A stretch of DNA of 64,000 nt, from NCBI GenBank assembly GCA_965212015.1, contig OZ243037.1, positions 1,312,001-1,376,000 of the forward strand, given 5' to 3'. The number at the start of each line of letters is the position of its first letter. The stretch's first letter is position 1. The translations under genes and the position numbers were made by a program. Below the pieces are notes generated by a model that saw nothing but the letters and a program-made list of their open reading frames with translations, did no database searches and had not been told where the DNA came from. Source of the DNA: Cenarchaeum sp. GTDB lineage: Archaea; Thermoproteota; Nitrososphaeria; Nitrososphaerales; Nitrosopumilaceae. Positions 30,357-39,834 of this stretch are shown piece by piece.

Positions 30357-30543
30357 TTGCCCGCACTCTGCCCCTGATCAAGACGCGGCGGCCTGCCGGC
30401 CGATCCGTTCGCAGGAGGCGGCGGGATAATGGCCTCACACATCCCCGGGTACCGCGCTTGCCCATCTGGATGCCCTGTATGAGGGACACATCGGCAGTCA
30501 ATACTGGGATCCGACCCGCCATATCCGGGGTTTGCCTGCACTC
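30357..30543. ncRNA. Candidate structured non-coding RNA flanked by 12-bp direct repeats
   Basis: TTGCCCGCACTC/TTGCCTGCACTC repeats and several complementary 6-mers; no credible ORF. Confidence 0.4.
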
Positions 30544-30629
30544 AAAACCGTCTTTTGTTAGTCAATTTTTACACCATGTGAACCATAATTCACACCCTCC
30601 ATTAAGAACGGATTTTTAGAGTCGTATTT

Positions 30630-31280
30630 GTGTCAAAATTCCAAAACACGTGGTCAAAATCGTCCAATCCGGGCCTGTCTGAGAGGTTAGGCGACGTTGT
30701 AAAGCCAAAGGGCGCGCTAAAGCCCAGGGTACAGGCGGCAATTGTCAGGCTGCAAAAACAGATCTCAAAGCTTGACGGAATGCTCTCCAAGCTAAACGAA
30801 AGGGACGCAAAACTCTTTGAAAGAATCGTGGCGGCCACCCAGCAGCACGACACCCATACGAGCAGGGTGCTCTCAAACGAGCTGGCCGAGGTCAGAAAGG
30901 TCAGCAGGGTGCTAGGAAACGCAAGGGTTGCCATTGAACAGATAGAATTACGATTATCCACATGCAGTGATCTAGGCGACACCGTCATGGCAATGATGCC
31001 TACGGTGGGCCTGATGAAGGGAATGAAGTCGTCACTCGGCAAGTTCATGCCCGGTGCAGATCAGGAGATCAGCAAGATGGCAGACATGCTAGGTGGGATG
31101 ATGACTGAAACCTTCTCCGCAGAGACGACGTTTGGCACAGAAGAGGGAACCAACCCGGAGACTGACAAGATTCTGCGAGAGGCCGCAGCGGTGGCGGAGA
31201 GCTCAGTAGATACAAAATTCCCGTCCACCCCGCTTGATCTGGGCGAACAGTCCGAATCGGCCACCACGAAATTCATGTAA
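30630..31280 (+). CDS. cdvB: ESCRT-III/Snf7 family cell division protein (CdvB paralog)
   Basis: Snf7 helical pattern ELAE.RK...LEQI.LRL.T..DLGD, ILREAA.VAE. Confidence 0.88.
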   Translation: MSKFQNTWSKSSNPGLSERLGDVVKPKGALKPRVQAAIVRLQKQISKLDGMLSKLNERDAKLFERIVAATQQHDTHTSRVLSNELAEVRKVSRVLGNARVAIEQIELRLSTCSDLGDTVMAMMPTVGLMKGMKSSLGKFMPGADQEISKMADMLGGMMTETFSAETTFGTEEGTNPETDKILREAAAVAESSVDTKFPSTPLDLGEQSESATTKFM

Positions 31281-31282
31281 GT

Positions 31283-31798
31283 CTAGCCGAGTTTTTCTCT
31301 TGACTGCCTAAAGCTCTTAATCCTGTCGCCTTCGGAGTTTATTATGCCGTCTATTCCAGCCAGGCTGTTTTTCAGCTCGTCTATGATTCTGCCCACCTCG
31401 TCGGCCTCGCCTTCCACGCGGGACCTCTTTTGGGTGAGATCCCCGATTCCACGGCTCTCCTCGCCTATGTATTCCCTGACCTTTTCTAGCTTTTCTTTTA
31501 GGTTTCTAATGTCGACTGACTCGTCTTCGATCTCTTTTTCAAGCCTTGTCCTCTTGTCCCTGAGGTTTTTGATCATCAATCCCACATAGTCTATTGCCTC
31601 CTCCAGCTTTGCCCGCTTGTTCATCAGGGAATCTATTCCAATGTCAGAGCCTGCCGCGGGTGTGGCGTACTCTGCCTTTGGCTCGCCGTATTCTGCTCCC
31701 GCCTCTGGTGCGGTCCCCGTCTCTTCAAAGGCAGGCGGCCTCTCCTCGACTATTCCCCCGCCATCATCTTTTTTCAACCGATCGAATAGTCCAACCAT
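31283..31798 (-). CDS. Coiled-coil hypothetical protein
   Basis: MVGLFDRLKK start followed by long heptad repeats. Confidence 0.75.
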   Translation of the reverse strand: MVGLFDRLKKDDGGGIVEERPPAFEETGTAPEAGAEYGEPKAEYATPAAGSDIGIDSLMNKRAKLEEAIDYVGLMIKNLRDKRTRLEKEIEDESVDIRNLKEKLEKVREYIGEESRGIGDLTQKRSRVEGEADEVGRIIDELKNSLAGIDGIINSEGDRIKSFRQSREKLG

Positions 31799-32103
31799 GA
31801 CTGTTTTTTGTACCGGGTGGATGTTATTAAGCGTATGATCGAAAAGTACAAAGTCGCCCATGCCGCCCAAGAGATCCGTGATGCGAAATTCACGTCTGAT
31901 CGCAGCGGAACGTGACCACACACTCGATCAGATATGATCCCGCAGATTGCCGCCATTTCGCCTGATTTTTGACAATCGGCCATGGGCATCCGGCCGCCCG
32001 TCACGCACAAAAACCGGCGTTCTGCCGTGAAACGGGCGTTTCAGATGCGTTTCAATGCGGTTTCAAAACGTCCCTCATTAACCAGGCCATCCTATACCAC
32101 AGC

Positions 32104-32391
32104 ATGTCAAAACAACAGTACAGATCCGAAATGGGCATCATGGGAGACATCCTGGACGTTGCAATGGATGCGGGACGAAACGGGGCAATAGTTTCTGCGA
32201 TATCCCGCAGGGCGAACCTTTCCCACTATGCGGTGCTAGACAAATGCGAGAAGCTGATAAGCGCCGGCCTGGTGGAATCCCTCAAAAACGACCGGAACAG
32301 GATATTTCTTATCACCGAAAAGGGACTAGAGTTCTTTCAGGAGTTCAGACGGTTCCAGAGCATAGTGGAATCCATGAACCTGAGGTACTAG
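32104..32391 (+). CDS. Winged-helix transcriptional regulator
   Basis: YRS...I..DIL, ANLS, F.ITEKG..F. Confidence 0.88.
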   Translation: MSKQQYRSEMGIMGDILDVAMDAGRNGAIVSAISRRANLSHYAVLDKCEKLISAGLVESLKNDRNRIFLITEKGLEFFQEFRRFQSIVESMNLRY

Positions 32392-32466
32392 CGCATGGCA
32401 CCAGAGACGACGCCGTACCCAGACGATGGAATGCTTTTTGTAAGGGTCGACGGCACTTTACAAATT

Positions 32467-33366
32467 ATGCTCAAGGCGCCACTAGTTGTAATCGGCCTGA
32501 TCGCCCTGGCTTCTGCCATGCCGGCTCAAAACTCCTCGGGAATCCCCAAAAGCATGGATCTTGCCATATATCCGGACGGCCTGACCCATGTAATCACCGA
32601 GTTCAAAGTCGACCCGCTACAGCCGGACTTTGAGGTGAGCCTTCCCGGCTCTACGATAGACAATTTTGTCGCAGTCGGGCAAAACGAATTTTTGCTGGCA
32701 AGCCAGATAGACGGCAGCGTGGCGACGATTGAGACGCTGGGAGCTGAGCTAGTCTCCCTGCAGTATGACGTCCACGATCTGGTCTCAAAGCAGGGCAGGG
32801 TCTGGAGCTTTGAGCTGGACTCTTCCTCCGGCTATTCCCTGCTCATGCCGGAGAATTCCGTCATTATAGGAATGAGCAGCCTGCCGGCAGCCATGGAGGT
32901 CCTTGAGGATCGCTCAAAGCTGACCCTGAAGGAGGGCAGCATACGAATCGACTATATCTTTGGATCACAGCAGGATCCTGCGCCCTCGCAGCCTGAGGAC
33001 GGCTCGCCGATAATCGTCGGCGCCGTGATCGCAGCAGCCGCCATGGCGGGCATAATGTATTTAAGAAAAATCAGACGTGCAAAACCCATGCTTGTCTCGC
33101 CGCAATCCCCAAAACCCGTAATCCCGAACCTGCAGGCCGTCCTTGACTCCACGCCGGATCTCAGGGAGGATGACAGGGACATTGTATCGTTCATACATGA
33201 AAACGGCGGCAGTGCAAAGGAGAGCGAGCTGCGCAAAAAATTCCTGCTGCCGCGCACCACCATGTGGAGGGCAGTCAAGCGGCTTGAGAGACACGGGATT
33301 GTCGAGATAAGAAAGACAGACCTGCAAAACCTCATCATACTAAAAGAGCCGGAGGACGGGCAATGA
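32467..33366 (+). CDS. Membrane-anchored transcription regulator (extracellular domain, TM, C-terminal wHTH; COG2512-like)
   Basis: Signal peptide, beta-rich ectodomain, TM, then ESELRK...PRTT.WR..KRLE..G.V. Confidence 0.85.
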   Translation: MLKAPLVVIGLIALASAMPAQNSSGIPKSMDLAIYPDGLTHVITEFKVDPLQPDFEVSLPGSTIDNFVAVGQNEFLLASQIDGSVATIETLGAELVSLQYDVHDLVSKQGRVWSFELDSSSGYSLLMPENSVIIGMSSLPAAMEVLEDRSKLTLKEGSIRIDYIFGSQQDPAPSQPEDGSPIIVGAVIAAAAMAGIMYLRKIRRAKPMLVSPQSPKPVIPNLQAVLDSTPDLREDDRDIVSFIHENGGSAKESELRKKFLLPRTTMWRAVKRLERHGIVEIRKTDLQNLIILKEPEDGQ

Positions 33367-34355
33367 CGAGGGCCGTATTTCTGGGCTTGTTGCTGCTTGT
33401 ATGCGCAGCAGGCGTGCCAGGCGCCATGGCTGCGGCAGAATACGAGACCATTCTCAGAATCGCCACGCACGCACACGAGGAGATCAAGCTGCAGCTTGCG
33501 GGGACGGACGACGTTCCGGCCTCAGTCGAGACGCTGTTTCAGGACGGCGCAGGCGAGCTAGACGCGCTCAAGGCGGCCATAGAAAACGACGACGCAGAAT
33601 CCGCAGAGAGGCATTTTCTTGCAACCATGGACATATTCAAAAAGATTCCACACATGATCTCAGGCGGGGACATCCGGCATGCGGATGCCGGCATTGAACC
33701 GGATCTGAAAAGCGTCCTGGAGAGGTCCGAGCGATTCATCACAAAGCTGAAAAACATAGCCGTCACGCACGGCATTGATGCGGATTTCTCGCAGCTCGAC
33801 GGGCTGCTAGGCCTGGCACAACAGCAGGTTGGCCGGGGTGACGGCGAGGGCGCCGTGGCGTCGATTGCCGAAATCAACGCGCTGTTGCCAGACATAGAGT
33901 CCAAGCTGGAGGAATCCTCCCAGCAAAGGGCGTCTGACCGCGCAAAGACGTTTGCACAGCAGTATGTCGACACGCTAGACAAGATAATAGCCGACGCAGA
34001 GGAGCTGGGATACTATTCCATAGTAGACAAGCTAGAGTCCGCCAAGGAAAAGCTCTCGCAATCCTCGGATCCCAGGCTGATAATCGATGAAATCAAACAA
34101 GTCCTCTCAATCAAAGAGCAGCTTGACTTGTCGCAGTTCGAGGTAATGCTGTCGCGCGCAGTCCAGATAGACCGGGATCTTGACGTGCTACAGTCCATAG
34201 ACGGGGTTGATTACGAGGCGACCCTGGCCGCAAAAAAGATGATCGACGAGCTGCGGGCGCACATTGACGAGGGAAGCTATGACGAGGCCCAGTCCCTCCT
34301 GACGATACTGGAGGATCACCTGGATGACATTTTGAACCCCGGCATGGACAATTGA
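33363..34355 (+). CDS. Secreted acidic alpha-helical protein
   Basis: Signal peptide, repeated helical hairpins; ATGA overlap with the upstream gene. Confidence 0.75.
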   Translation: MTRAVFLGLLLLVCAAGVPGAMAAAEYETILRIATHAHEEIKLQLAGTDDVPASVETLFQDGAGELDALKAAIENDDAESAERHFLATMDIFKKIPHMISGGDIRHADAGIEPDLKSVLERSERFITKLKNIAVTHGIDADFSQLDGLLGLAQQQVGRGDGEGAVASIAEINALLPDIESKLEESSQQRASDRAKTFAQQYVDTLDKIIADAEELGYYSIVDKLESAKEKLSQSSDPRLIIDEIKQVLSIKEQLDLSQFEVMLSRAVQIDRDLDVLQSIDGVDYEATLAAKKMIDELRAHIDEGSYDEAQSLLTILEDHLDDILNPGMDN

Positions 34356-34400
34356 CAAGTCCTACGCACGTCTTATATCCAAACCACGCAAAGCGACTGC

Positions 34401-34502
34401 ATGCAAGAACAAAAACTGCTCGCCCGTACCGGAAATCAGATCGACTGGCAGGACATCAGGGGGCTGTGCTGGATGTTTTACGGGTCTGACGACGGGGAAT
34501 AG
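34401..34502 (+). CDS. Candidate 33-aa micro-protein
   Basis: TTATAT box 23-28 nt upstream of ATG; MQEQKLLARTGNQIDWQDIRGLCWMFYGSDDGE. Confidence 0.45.
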   Translation: MQEQKLLARTGNQIDWQDIRGLCWMFYGSDDGE

Positions 34503-35772
34503 AACCGTCCAAAGCCAGGCTCCCCACGTCCCGGGCGCTATAGAGCCTTTCAACCTCCCGCACTATCATGCCTGCAATCATTTCCTTTCTGTGCCACCCG
34601 GACCAGTGCCTTCCGGACCGGCTTGCAATCAGCACCTCGTTGTTGTGGGGGTTTTTCCTGTACCTGGCAGTCCCCACGTCGTTTGCCACGATCATGTCGG
34701 CCTTTGCGTCGCGCATCTTTTTTAGCGCCCTTGACTCGAGCTCTTTTCTTGAAACCCCGGCCTCGGCCTTGAAGCCCACTAGCAGCGTGTCGTTTTGAAT
34801 CCCCCTGATGCCGTCTATTATTTTTGGCGTCCGTGCAAACGTCAGGCGCAGCTCCCCCCGGCTGCTTATCTTGGTTCGTCTGGGATTCCTTACCGTATAG
34901 TCAGACACGGCTGCCGCCATGATTACGACGTCAAACCTGTTTTTCATCTCTTTTTTCACTGCGGCCAGCATCTCCTGCGCTGTTCTGACGTGCACGTGCC
35001 TTGCCCCGGCTGGGGCCTCTTTTGCGCCCAGGCCGTAAATCAGGGTTACATTCGCCCCGGCAGAGAGCATCCCTTTTGCCAGCAGGACGCCTGTCTCCCC
35101 CGTGCTCTGGTTGGTAATCACGCGTATGGGATCTATTGGCTCTGCAGTAGAGCCGGCGGTAATCAGGATGCTCTTGCCGCCCAGGACAGAAGAGTATCCG
35201 AACCGTTTTAGCACATAGTCTAGCACGTCTCCGGGCTCTCCTGCCTTGGCCTTTCCCTCCATTACCTGCGGCAGAAAAAACTCAATCTTGTCTTTTAGGA
35301 ACCTCATGTTTTTTCTTACCGCGGCATTGCCGTACATTGCCGCATGCATGGCAAGACACATCACGATGGGCGTCTTTGAGCCAAGCCCGACGGTAAGCAC
35401 AGTCGAGACCGGCGTGTCGTCGATGCCGTTGGCAAGCTTGCCAAGCGTGTTGGCAGTTGCCGGATAGACGATGATCAGATCCGATCTTCCATAGTCTGCC
35501 AGATCAATGTGCTCGAGCTTTCCTGTAAGCTTTGTCACCACGTCGTTGCCCGTGGCCCACTTGAAATAGTCGGCCCGGATAAGCTTTAGTACGGCGCTGC
35601 TTGCGACGCATCTTACGTCTGCGCCGTGGCGCATCAGCAGCCTTGAGAGCTCGATTGCCCTGTATGCGGCGACGCTTCCTGCCACGCACAAGACTATTCT
35701 TTTGCCTGAGAGCTCCGCCCCGTGCGATCCCGCAATGTCCTGCGACGGATGCCCCCTAGCTCCTGCCGCCAA
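34456..35772 (-). CDS. coaBC: Bifunctional phosphopantothenoylcysteine decarboxylase/synthetase
   Basis: GSVAAY, PATANTL.K.A.G, ID..R.ITN.STG, AAVSDY, VGFKAE. Confidence 0.95.
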   Translation of the reverse strand: MAAGARGHPSQDIAGSHGAELSGKRIVLCVAGSVAAYRAIELSRLLMRHGADVRCVASSAVLKLIRADYFKWATGNDVVTKLTGKLEHIDLADYGRSDLIIVYPATANTLGKLANGIDDTPVSTVLTVGLGSKTPIVMCLAMHAAMYGNAAVRKNMRFLKDKIEFFLPQVMEGKAKAGEPGDVLDYVLKRFGYSSVLGGKSILITAGSTAEPIDPIRVITNQSTGETGVLLAKGMLSAGANVTLIYGLGAKEAPAGARHVHVRTAQEMLAAVKKEMKNRFDVVIMAAAVSDYTVRNPRRTKISSRGELRLTFARTPKIIDGIRGIQNDTLLVGFKAEAGVSRKELESRALKKMRDAKADMIVANDVGTARYRKNPHNNEVLIASRSGRHWSGWHRKEMIAGMIVREVERLYSARDVGSLALDGSIPRRQTRKTSSTAP

Positions 35773-36601
35773 TACTATTCTCCAATTCCTCCAGCTCGTC
35801 TTTGTCCATTGAAAACCAGTTCTCCCCGCCGGGAAACTTTCCCGTCCTTACCTCGCTTATGTAGCCTCCCACGGCGCCGGTGATCTCATCGGACAGATTC
35901 AGGTATCTTTTTGCAAACTTTGGCCTTATCCTGTCGTACATTCCGAGCAGATCCTGTGCCACGAGAACCTGCCCGTCACAGCCCGCACCTGAGCCTATCC
36001 CTATGGTGGGAATCTCCACGGAATCCGTGATTATCCTGGCGACCTCGTGCGCCACCATCTCCAGCGTGATGCTAAACGCGCCTGCCTCCTCCAGCTTTTT
36101 TGCATCCCGGATCAGCCCCAGTGCAGAGTCCCTTGTCCTGCCCTGCACCCTGTAGCCCTCTGACAGCCCTGCGGTCTGCGGCTGCAGTCCAATGTGCCCC
36201 ATTACCGGAATTCCGACTTTGACAATCTCGCCTACGGTTCCTGACATGGAACTGCCGCCCTCGAGCTTTACTGCGTCGGCACCTGCCCGGACCAGCCTGC
36301 CTGAATTCCTGATTGCGTCATCGACGCTTGCCTGGTACGACATGAACGGCAGGTCCCCCACGACTAGCGAGTTTTTCCTTCCGCGGCACACCGCCTCTGT
36401 AAACATGCACATCTGATCCATGGTTACCGACGTGGTGTCTGCGCGGCCAAGCATCACCATGCCTGCGCTGTCGCCTACAAGAATCACGTCTATTCCGGCC
36501 CTGTCGCAGAGTGCCGCCATCGTATAGTCATAGCTGGTCAGCACGGAGATCCTGCTGCCTGCCTTTTTCATCTGCACTATGTCGCCTGCCGTCTTATGCA
36601 A
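35756..36601 (-). CDS. panB: 3-methyl-2-oxobutanoate hydroxymethyltransferase
   Basis: T.YD, LVGDS, VKLEG, GHIGL.PQ, GIGSG...DGQ; TTG 36601. Confidence 0.96.
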   Translation of the reverse strand: MHKTAGDIVQMKKAGSRISVLTSYDYTMAALCDRAGIDVILVGDSAGMVMLGRADTTSVTMDQMCMFTEAVCRGRKNSLVVGDLPFMSYQASVDDAIRNSGRLVRAGADAVKLEGGSSMSGTVGEIVKVGIPVMGHIGLQPQTAGLSEGYRVQGRTRDSALGLIRDAKKLEEAGAFSITLEMVAHEVARIITDSVEIPTIGIGSGAGCDGQVLVAQDLLGMYDRIRPKFAKRYLNLSDEITGAVGGYISEVRTGKFPGGENWFSMDKDELEELENSIGGRS

Positions 36602-37358
36602 TTCTTGCCCTCCCGGCGAGGTTGGCCCTAATCTCCCTGATGCTTGATGCCAGGTTTTTTCCGTTATCAAAACAGTCCACTATTTTTTCCAGCTCGCGCC
36701 CGCTCTTTTTGGAATATGTACCTGCCATGCGCACCAGCACCCCCATCCCCCTCGTTATATTGTCCACGATTGAGACGCTGGCCGTCTGCGAGGTCCTTGA
36801 GAGGGGGTTGAGATCAAACGTTATGACTTTTTTGCCCGCCCCTACCAGCGCGGCCGTCCTGTCCCCGTCCTCCAGGGGAACCAGTACCACGTCGGCACAA
36901 AAAATGCCGTCCGCATCAACAAACCTGCGCGCCGAGTCCGTTCCGGAAAGACGCCTCGATGACTTTGGATTCGTTCCCAGAACGCGTCTGGCGCCGTGTT
37001 TTTTTAGCGCCGCCGCAACGTCGCGCATTCTTTTTGCGCTGGAATAAAACAGGTTCACCTCTATTTGCGCCCCGACTGACTCTGAGAGCTCTATAATCTC
37101 GCCGGGACACAATGCTGCCACGTTGCCGTTGACTGAAATCACGGGTCTTTGTGCCAGCAGCAGCATGGCAGCTGCTGCACCGAGCGCCTTTTTGGCCGCA
37201 CTCCCGGTGCTCTCGCCTAGCAGATAGTCAAAGGCCTCTCCGCGTCCGTGGGCCAGCAGTCCCTCCCTTGCAACCAGGCCGCAGTCAAATCCCCTGACCA
37301 GCCTCTCCCTTGTCTGCAGGGATTCGAATCTGGGATGGGTTTTGGGAATTACAGTCAT
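36594..37358 (-). CDS. Phosphopantothenate synthetase (archaeal)
   Basis: HPR..SL..R, AHGRGEAFDYL, SVNGN, PLEDGDR, DLNPLSRT. Confidence 0.95.
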   Translation of the reverse strand: MTVIPKTHPRFESLQTRERLVRGFDCGLVAREGLLAHGRGEAFDYLLGESTGSAAKKALGAAAAMLLLAQRPVISVNGNVAALCPGEIIELSESVGAQIEVNLFYSSAKRMRDVAAALKKHGARRVLGTNPKSSRRLSGTDSARRFVDADGIFCADVVLVPLEDGDRTAALVGAGKKVITFDLNPLSRTSQTASVSIVDNITRGMGVLVRMAGTYSKKSGRELEKIVDCFDNGKNLASSIREIRANLAGRARIA

Positions 37359-38251
37359 TTCCAGCTCTGCACTGTGGCACCGTCATTATCAATCTCCGAG
37401 TTTATGACAATGCCCTCCGGGTATCCCCTTAAAACCTCCAGCACCACACCCTCCATCTCTTTTGGAACCAGCGTAAAGACGGTCTCGCCGAACAATGCCA
37501 CCCCGCATCTCACCGAGATGTCCCTCAGCTCGCCTATCACGGAATTCATCTTTGGCGTCATCACCTTTACGTATCGCGCAAATTCCAGCGACATGTCATG
37601 AAAGTCGTCATAGCTTCTCGAGCGGGCCAGCCTTGAGACCATCTTGCCGCCAAGGCCGTTTATCAGCTCCATCCTCTCGTCCATGAACTTTCTAGTGGAT
37701 ATGGGCGAAAAACAGATCAGGATTGCCCTTCTGTCGGACTCTATCTTTTCTAGCCTGCCTATTCCCGGCGCCCCCGGCCTGGTTCTTATCTCAAAGCCGC
37801 CGTGGTACGACGCCAGCACGTCGCCCAGCCCCGTCTTGCAGCCAAGCTCCGCACAGTGTGCCACCTGCCCGACCTCCTCCCTTGACAGGCCGGTGCCCAG
37901 CGCAGAATCCAGCGCCATTGCCAGCGATAGCGCCACTGCGCCGCTGCATCCCAGGCCGTATCCCACGGGCACGGATATCTCGTGCTCTATATCGACAAAA
38001 TACTTTTTCCCGGTCATCTTGAAGAACTCGCCAATGACACACTCTGAGACCCGCGTATCATCCGGCCTGTATCCTGATATGTATATTCTGTGGCCCGCCT
38101 TGCTCGAGGGGGATGCCCGAACCCCAGTCACCACGCCCTCACGCATCGAAAAGCCCGCACCAAGCGAGCCGAGTTTTCTGGGATCCCGCTCCCCTGTCTC
38201 TGCCTTGAAGAACCCCGTGACATGCGCGGGGCAAAACGCCATTCCTCTCAT
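37355..38251 (-). CDS. Pantoate kinase (GHMP)
   Basis: P.HVTGFF, GS.GAG, P.GYG.G.SG, TGLGDV, R..PGAPG. Confidence 0.94.
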   Translation of the reverse strand: MRGMAFCPAHVTGFFKAETGERDPRKLGSLGAGFSMREGVVTGVRASPSSKAGHRIYISGYRPDDTRVSECVIGEFFKMTGKKYFVDIEHEISVPVGYGLGCSGAVALSLAMALDSALGTGLSREEVGQVAHCAELGCKTGLGDVLASYHGGFEIRTRPGAPGIGRLEKIESDRRAILICFSPISTRKFMDERMELINGLGGKMVSRLARSRSYDDFHDMSLEFARYVKVMTPKMNSVIGELRDISVRCGVALFGETVFTLVPKEMEGVVLEVLRGYPEGIVINSEIDNDGATVQSWK

Positions 38252-38316
38252 TGATCTAAATTTAAATTTCTAGGAAAATATAAAAATATGGCTTAAATAA
38301 TATAAATCGGTATAAA

Positions 38317-39303
38317 TTGACTAAATACGTTCGACGCCTACAACGCATAGGCAGCAGCACGCTGGTAACGCTGCCAAAGGACTGGGTGGACTCTAACGGC
38401 CTGACAAAAAACGCCGAGGTGGAGCTGGATACGGGGCAGAACTCTGTCACGATAACGCCGAATCAAAAGTCAAAGCCGGCCAAGGAGATTACGATATCGT
38501 ATCCGCTGCCGCCCGACGAGAACATTGCAGCCGACCTGACTGGCGCATACCTGCTAGGATACGACGTCATCAACATCAAGAGCAGGACATCCATTCCCGT
38601 CGGCGACAGGGAAAAAATCAGAAACTCCATGCGCAGGCTGGTTGGAATGGAGATCATCGAGGAGGACTCGACTGCGATAAATATGCAGTTTCTGCTAGAC
38701 GCCGTCACGCTAAACCCGCAAAAAATCCTCAAAAGGATAGGCAACATTGTGCTGGGAATGTACGGCGACATTACATCCGGGCTGATAGACGGCGACAAGT
38801 CAAACCTCCGCACCATATCTGACAGGGACAACGAGGTAAACAGGCAGTACTTTTTACTGGTCCGGCTGATAAGGAGCACCATGATCGACAGGAGGCTGGC
38901 AAACGCCTTCAATCTTGAAAACATAGACGTGCTTGACTACAGGATTGCGGCAAACCTGCTAGAGCGCGCAGGCGACACCATAGTGGAGCTTTCCAACTCG
39001 GTCTATTCGACGACGGTCCCAAAGTCGTACCTCAAAAAGATCCACGGCATTGCCAAAAACCTGGAACCGATGGGGACAAAGATAATCGACGCCTTTATCA
39101 ACAACGACCGCAAGCTGGCCATCGAGTCAATTGCGCTGCACAAGGCATTCGAGGGGCGCATACAGCTCATAAAGTCGTCGCTTGAAAACAAAAAGCAGAT
39201 CCCGATTGACTATCTTGACCTGGTCTACACGTTTGAGCGCGTCGAGCGCTCCTGGGCGGACATTGCCGATCTTGTAAAGCCGACATACTCCACTCAGACC
39301 TGA
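38317..39303 (+). CDS. Phosphate uptake regulator PhoU with an AbrB-like N-terminus
   Basis: RRLQ.IG.S..VTLPK.W, D.EV.R.Y, LER.GD. Confidence 0.92.
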   Translation: MTKYVRRLQRIGSSTLVTLPKDWVDSNGLTKNAEVELDTGQNSVTITPNQKSKPAKEITISYPLPPDENIAADLTGAYLLGYDVINIKSRTSIPVGDREKIRNSMRRLVGMEIIEEDSTAINMQFLLDAVTLNPQKILKRIGNIVLGMYGDITSGLIDGDKSNLRTISDRDNEVNRQYFLLVRLIRSTMIDRRLANAFNLENIDVLDYRIAANLLERAGDTIVELSNSVYSTTVPKSYLKKIHGIAKNLEPMGTKIIDAFINNDRKLAIESIALHKAFEGRIQLIKSSLENKKQIPIDYLDLVYTFERVERSWADIADLVKPTYSTQT

Positions 39304-39809
39304 ATCTTTTCCCTGGCGGCATACGTCAGAACCGCGCAGATTGTCTTCGAGTCTGCTATCTTGCCGGACTTTATCATGCCGACAAGCCTGCCCAGGCTCA
39401 TCTTGACTACCGTGATGAACTCGTCGCAGTCAGGATTAATCTCCGAGACCCTGGCTAGTCCTGAGGCCACATAGCAGTGTATGACCTCCGTATTGTAGCC
39501 AATGGAGGGATAGTACGACAGAAAATGCGTCATCTTTTTGGCCCTGTATCCGGTCTCCTCCTGCATCTCCCTAAAGGCGCATTCCTTTGGATCCTCGCCC
39601 TCCTCTAGCGTTCCTGCGGGAATCTCTAGCACACGGCCGTGGGGAAACCTGTGCTGTCTTACCAGGATTATCCTGTCCTTCTCATCAAAGCCGATGATCG
39701 CAGCGGCCCCCCTGTGCTCTATCATCTCCCTTTTCACCCTCCTGCCCTGAATCCTCACGTCATGTATGCTAAAGTCCAGAATTTTTCCGCTATAGATCTT
39801 TTTTTTCAC
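39294..39809 (-). CDS. NUDIX hydrolase (ADP-ribose pyrophosphatase-like)
   Basis: PAG..E.GE....A.RE..EETG Nudix box. Confidence 0.95.
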   Translation of the reverse strand: MKKKIYSGKILDFSIHDVRIQGRRVKREMIEHRGAAAIIGFDEKDRIILVRQHRFPHGRVLEIPAGTLEEGEDPKECAFREMQEETGYRAKKMTHFLSYYPSIGYNTEVIHCYVASGLARVSEINPDCDEFITVVKMSLGRLVGMIKSGKIADSKTICAVLTYAAREKIQV

Positions 39810-39834
39810 GACCGGCGTATGCCGGATGACAATA

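Noticed and set aside
30357-30543. SRP RNA, RNase P RNA, hammerhead or canonical HDV ribozyme
   Set aside because: No SRP helix-8 motif, no RNase P P4 signature, no CUGANGA/GAAA core; the HDV-like topology fits only partly
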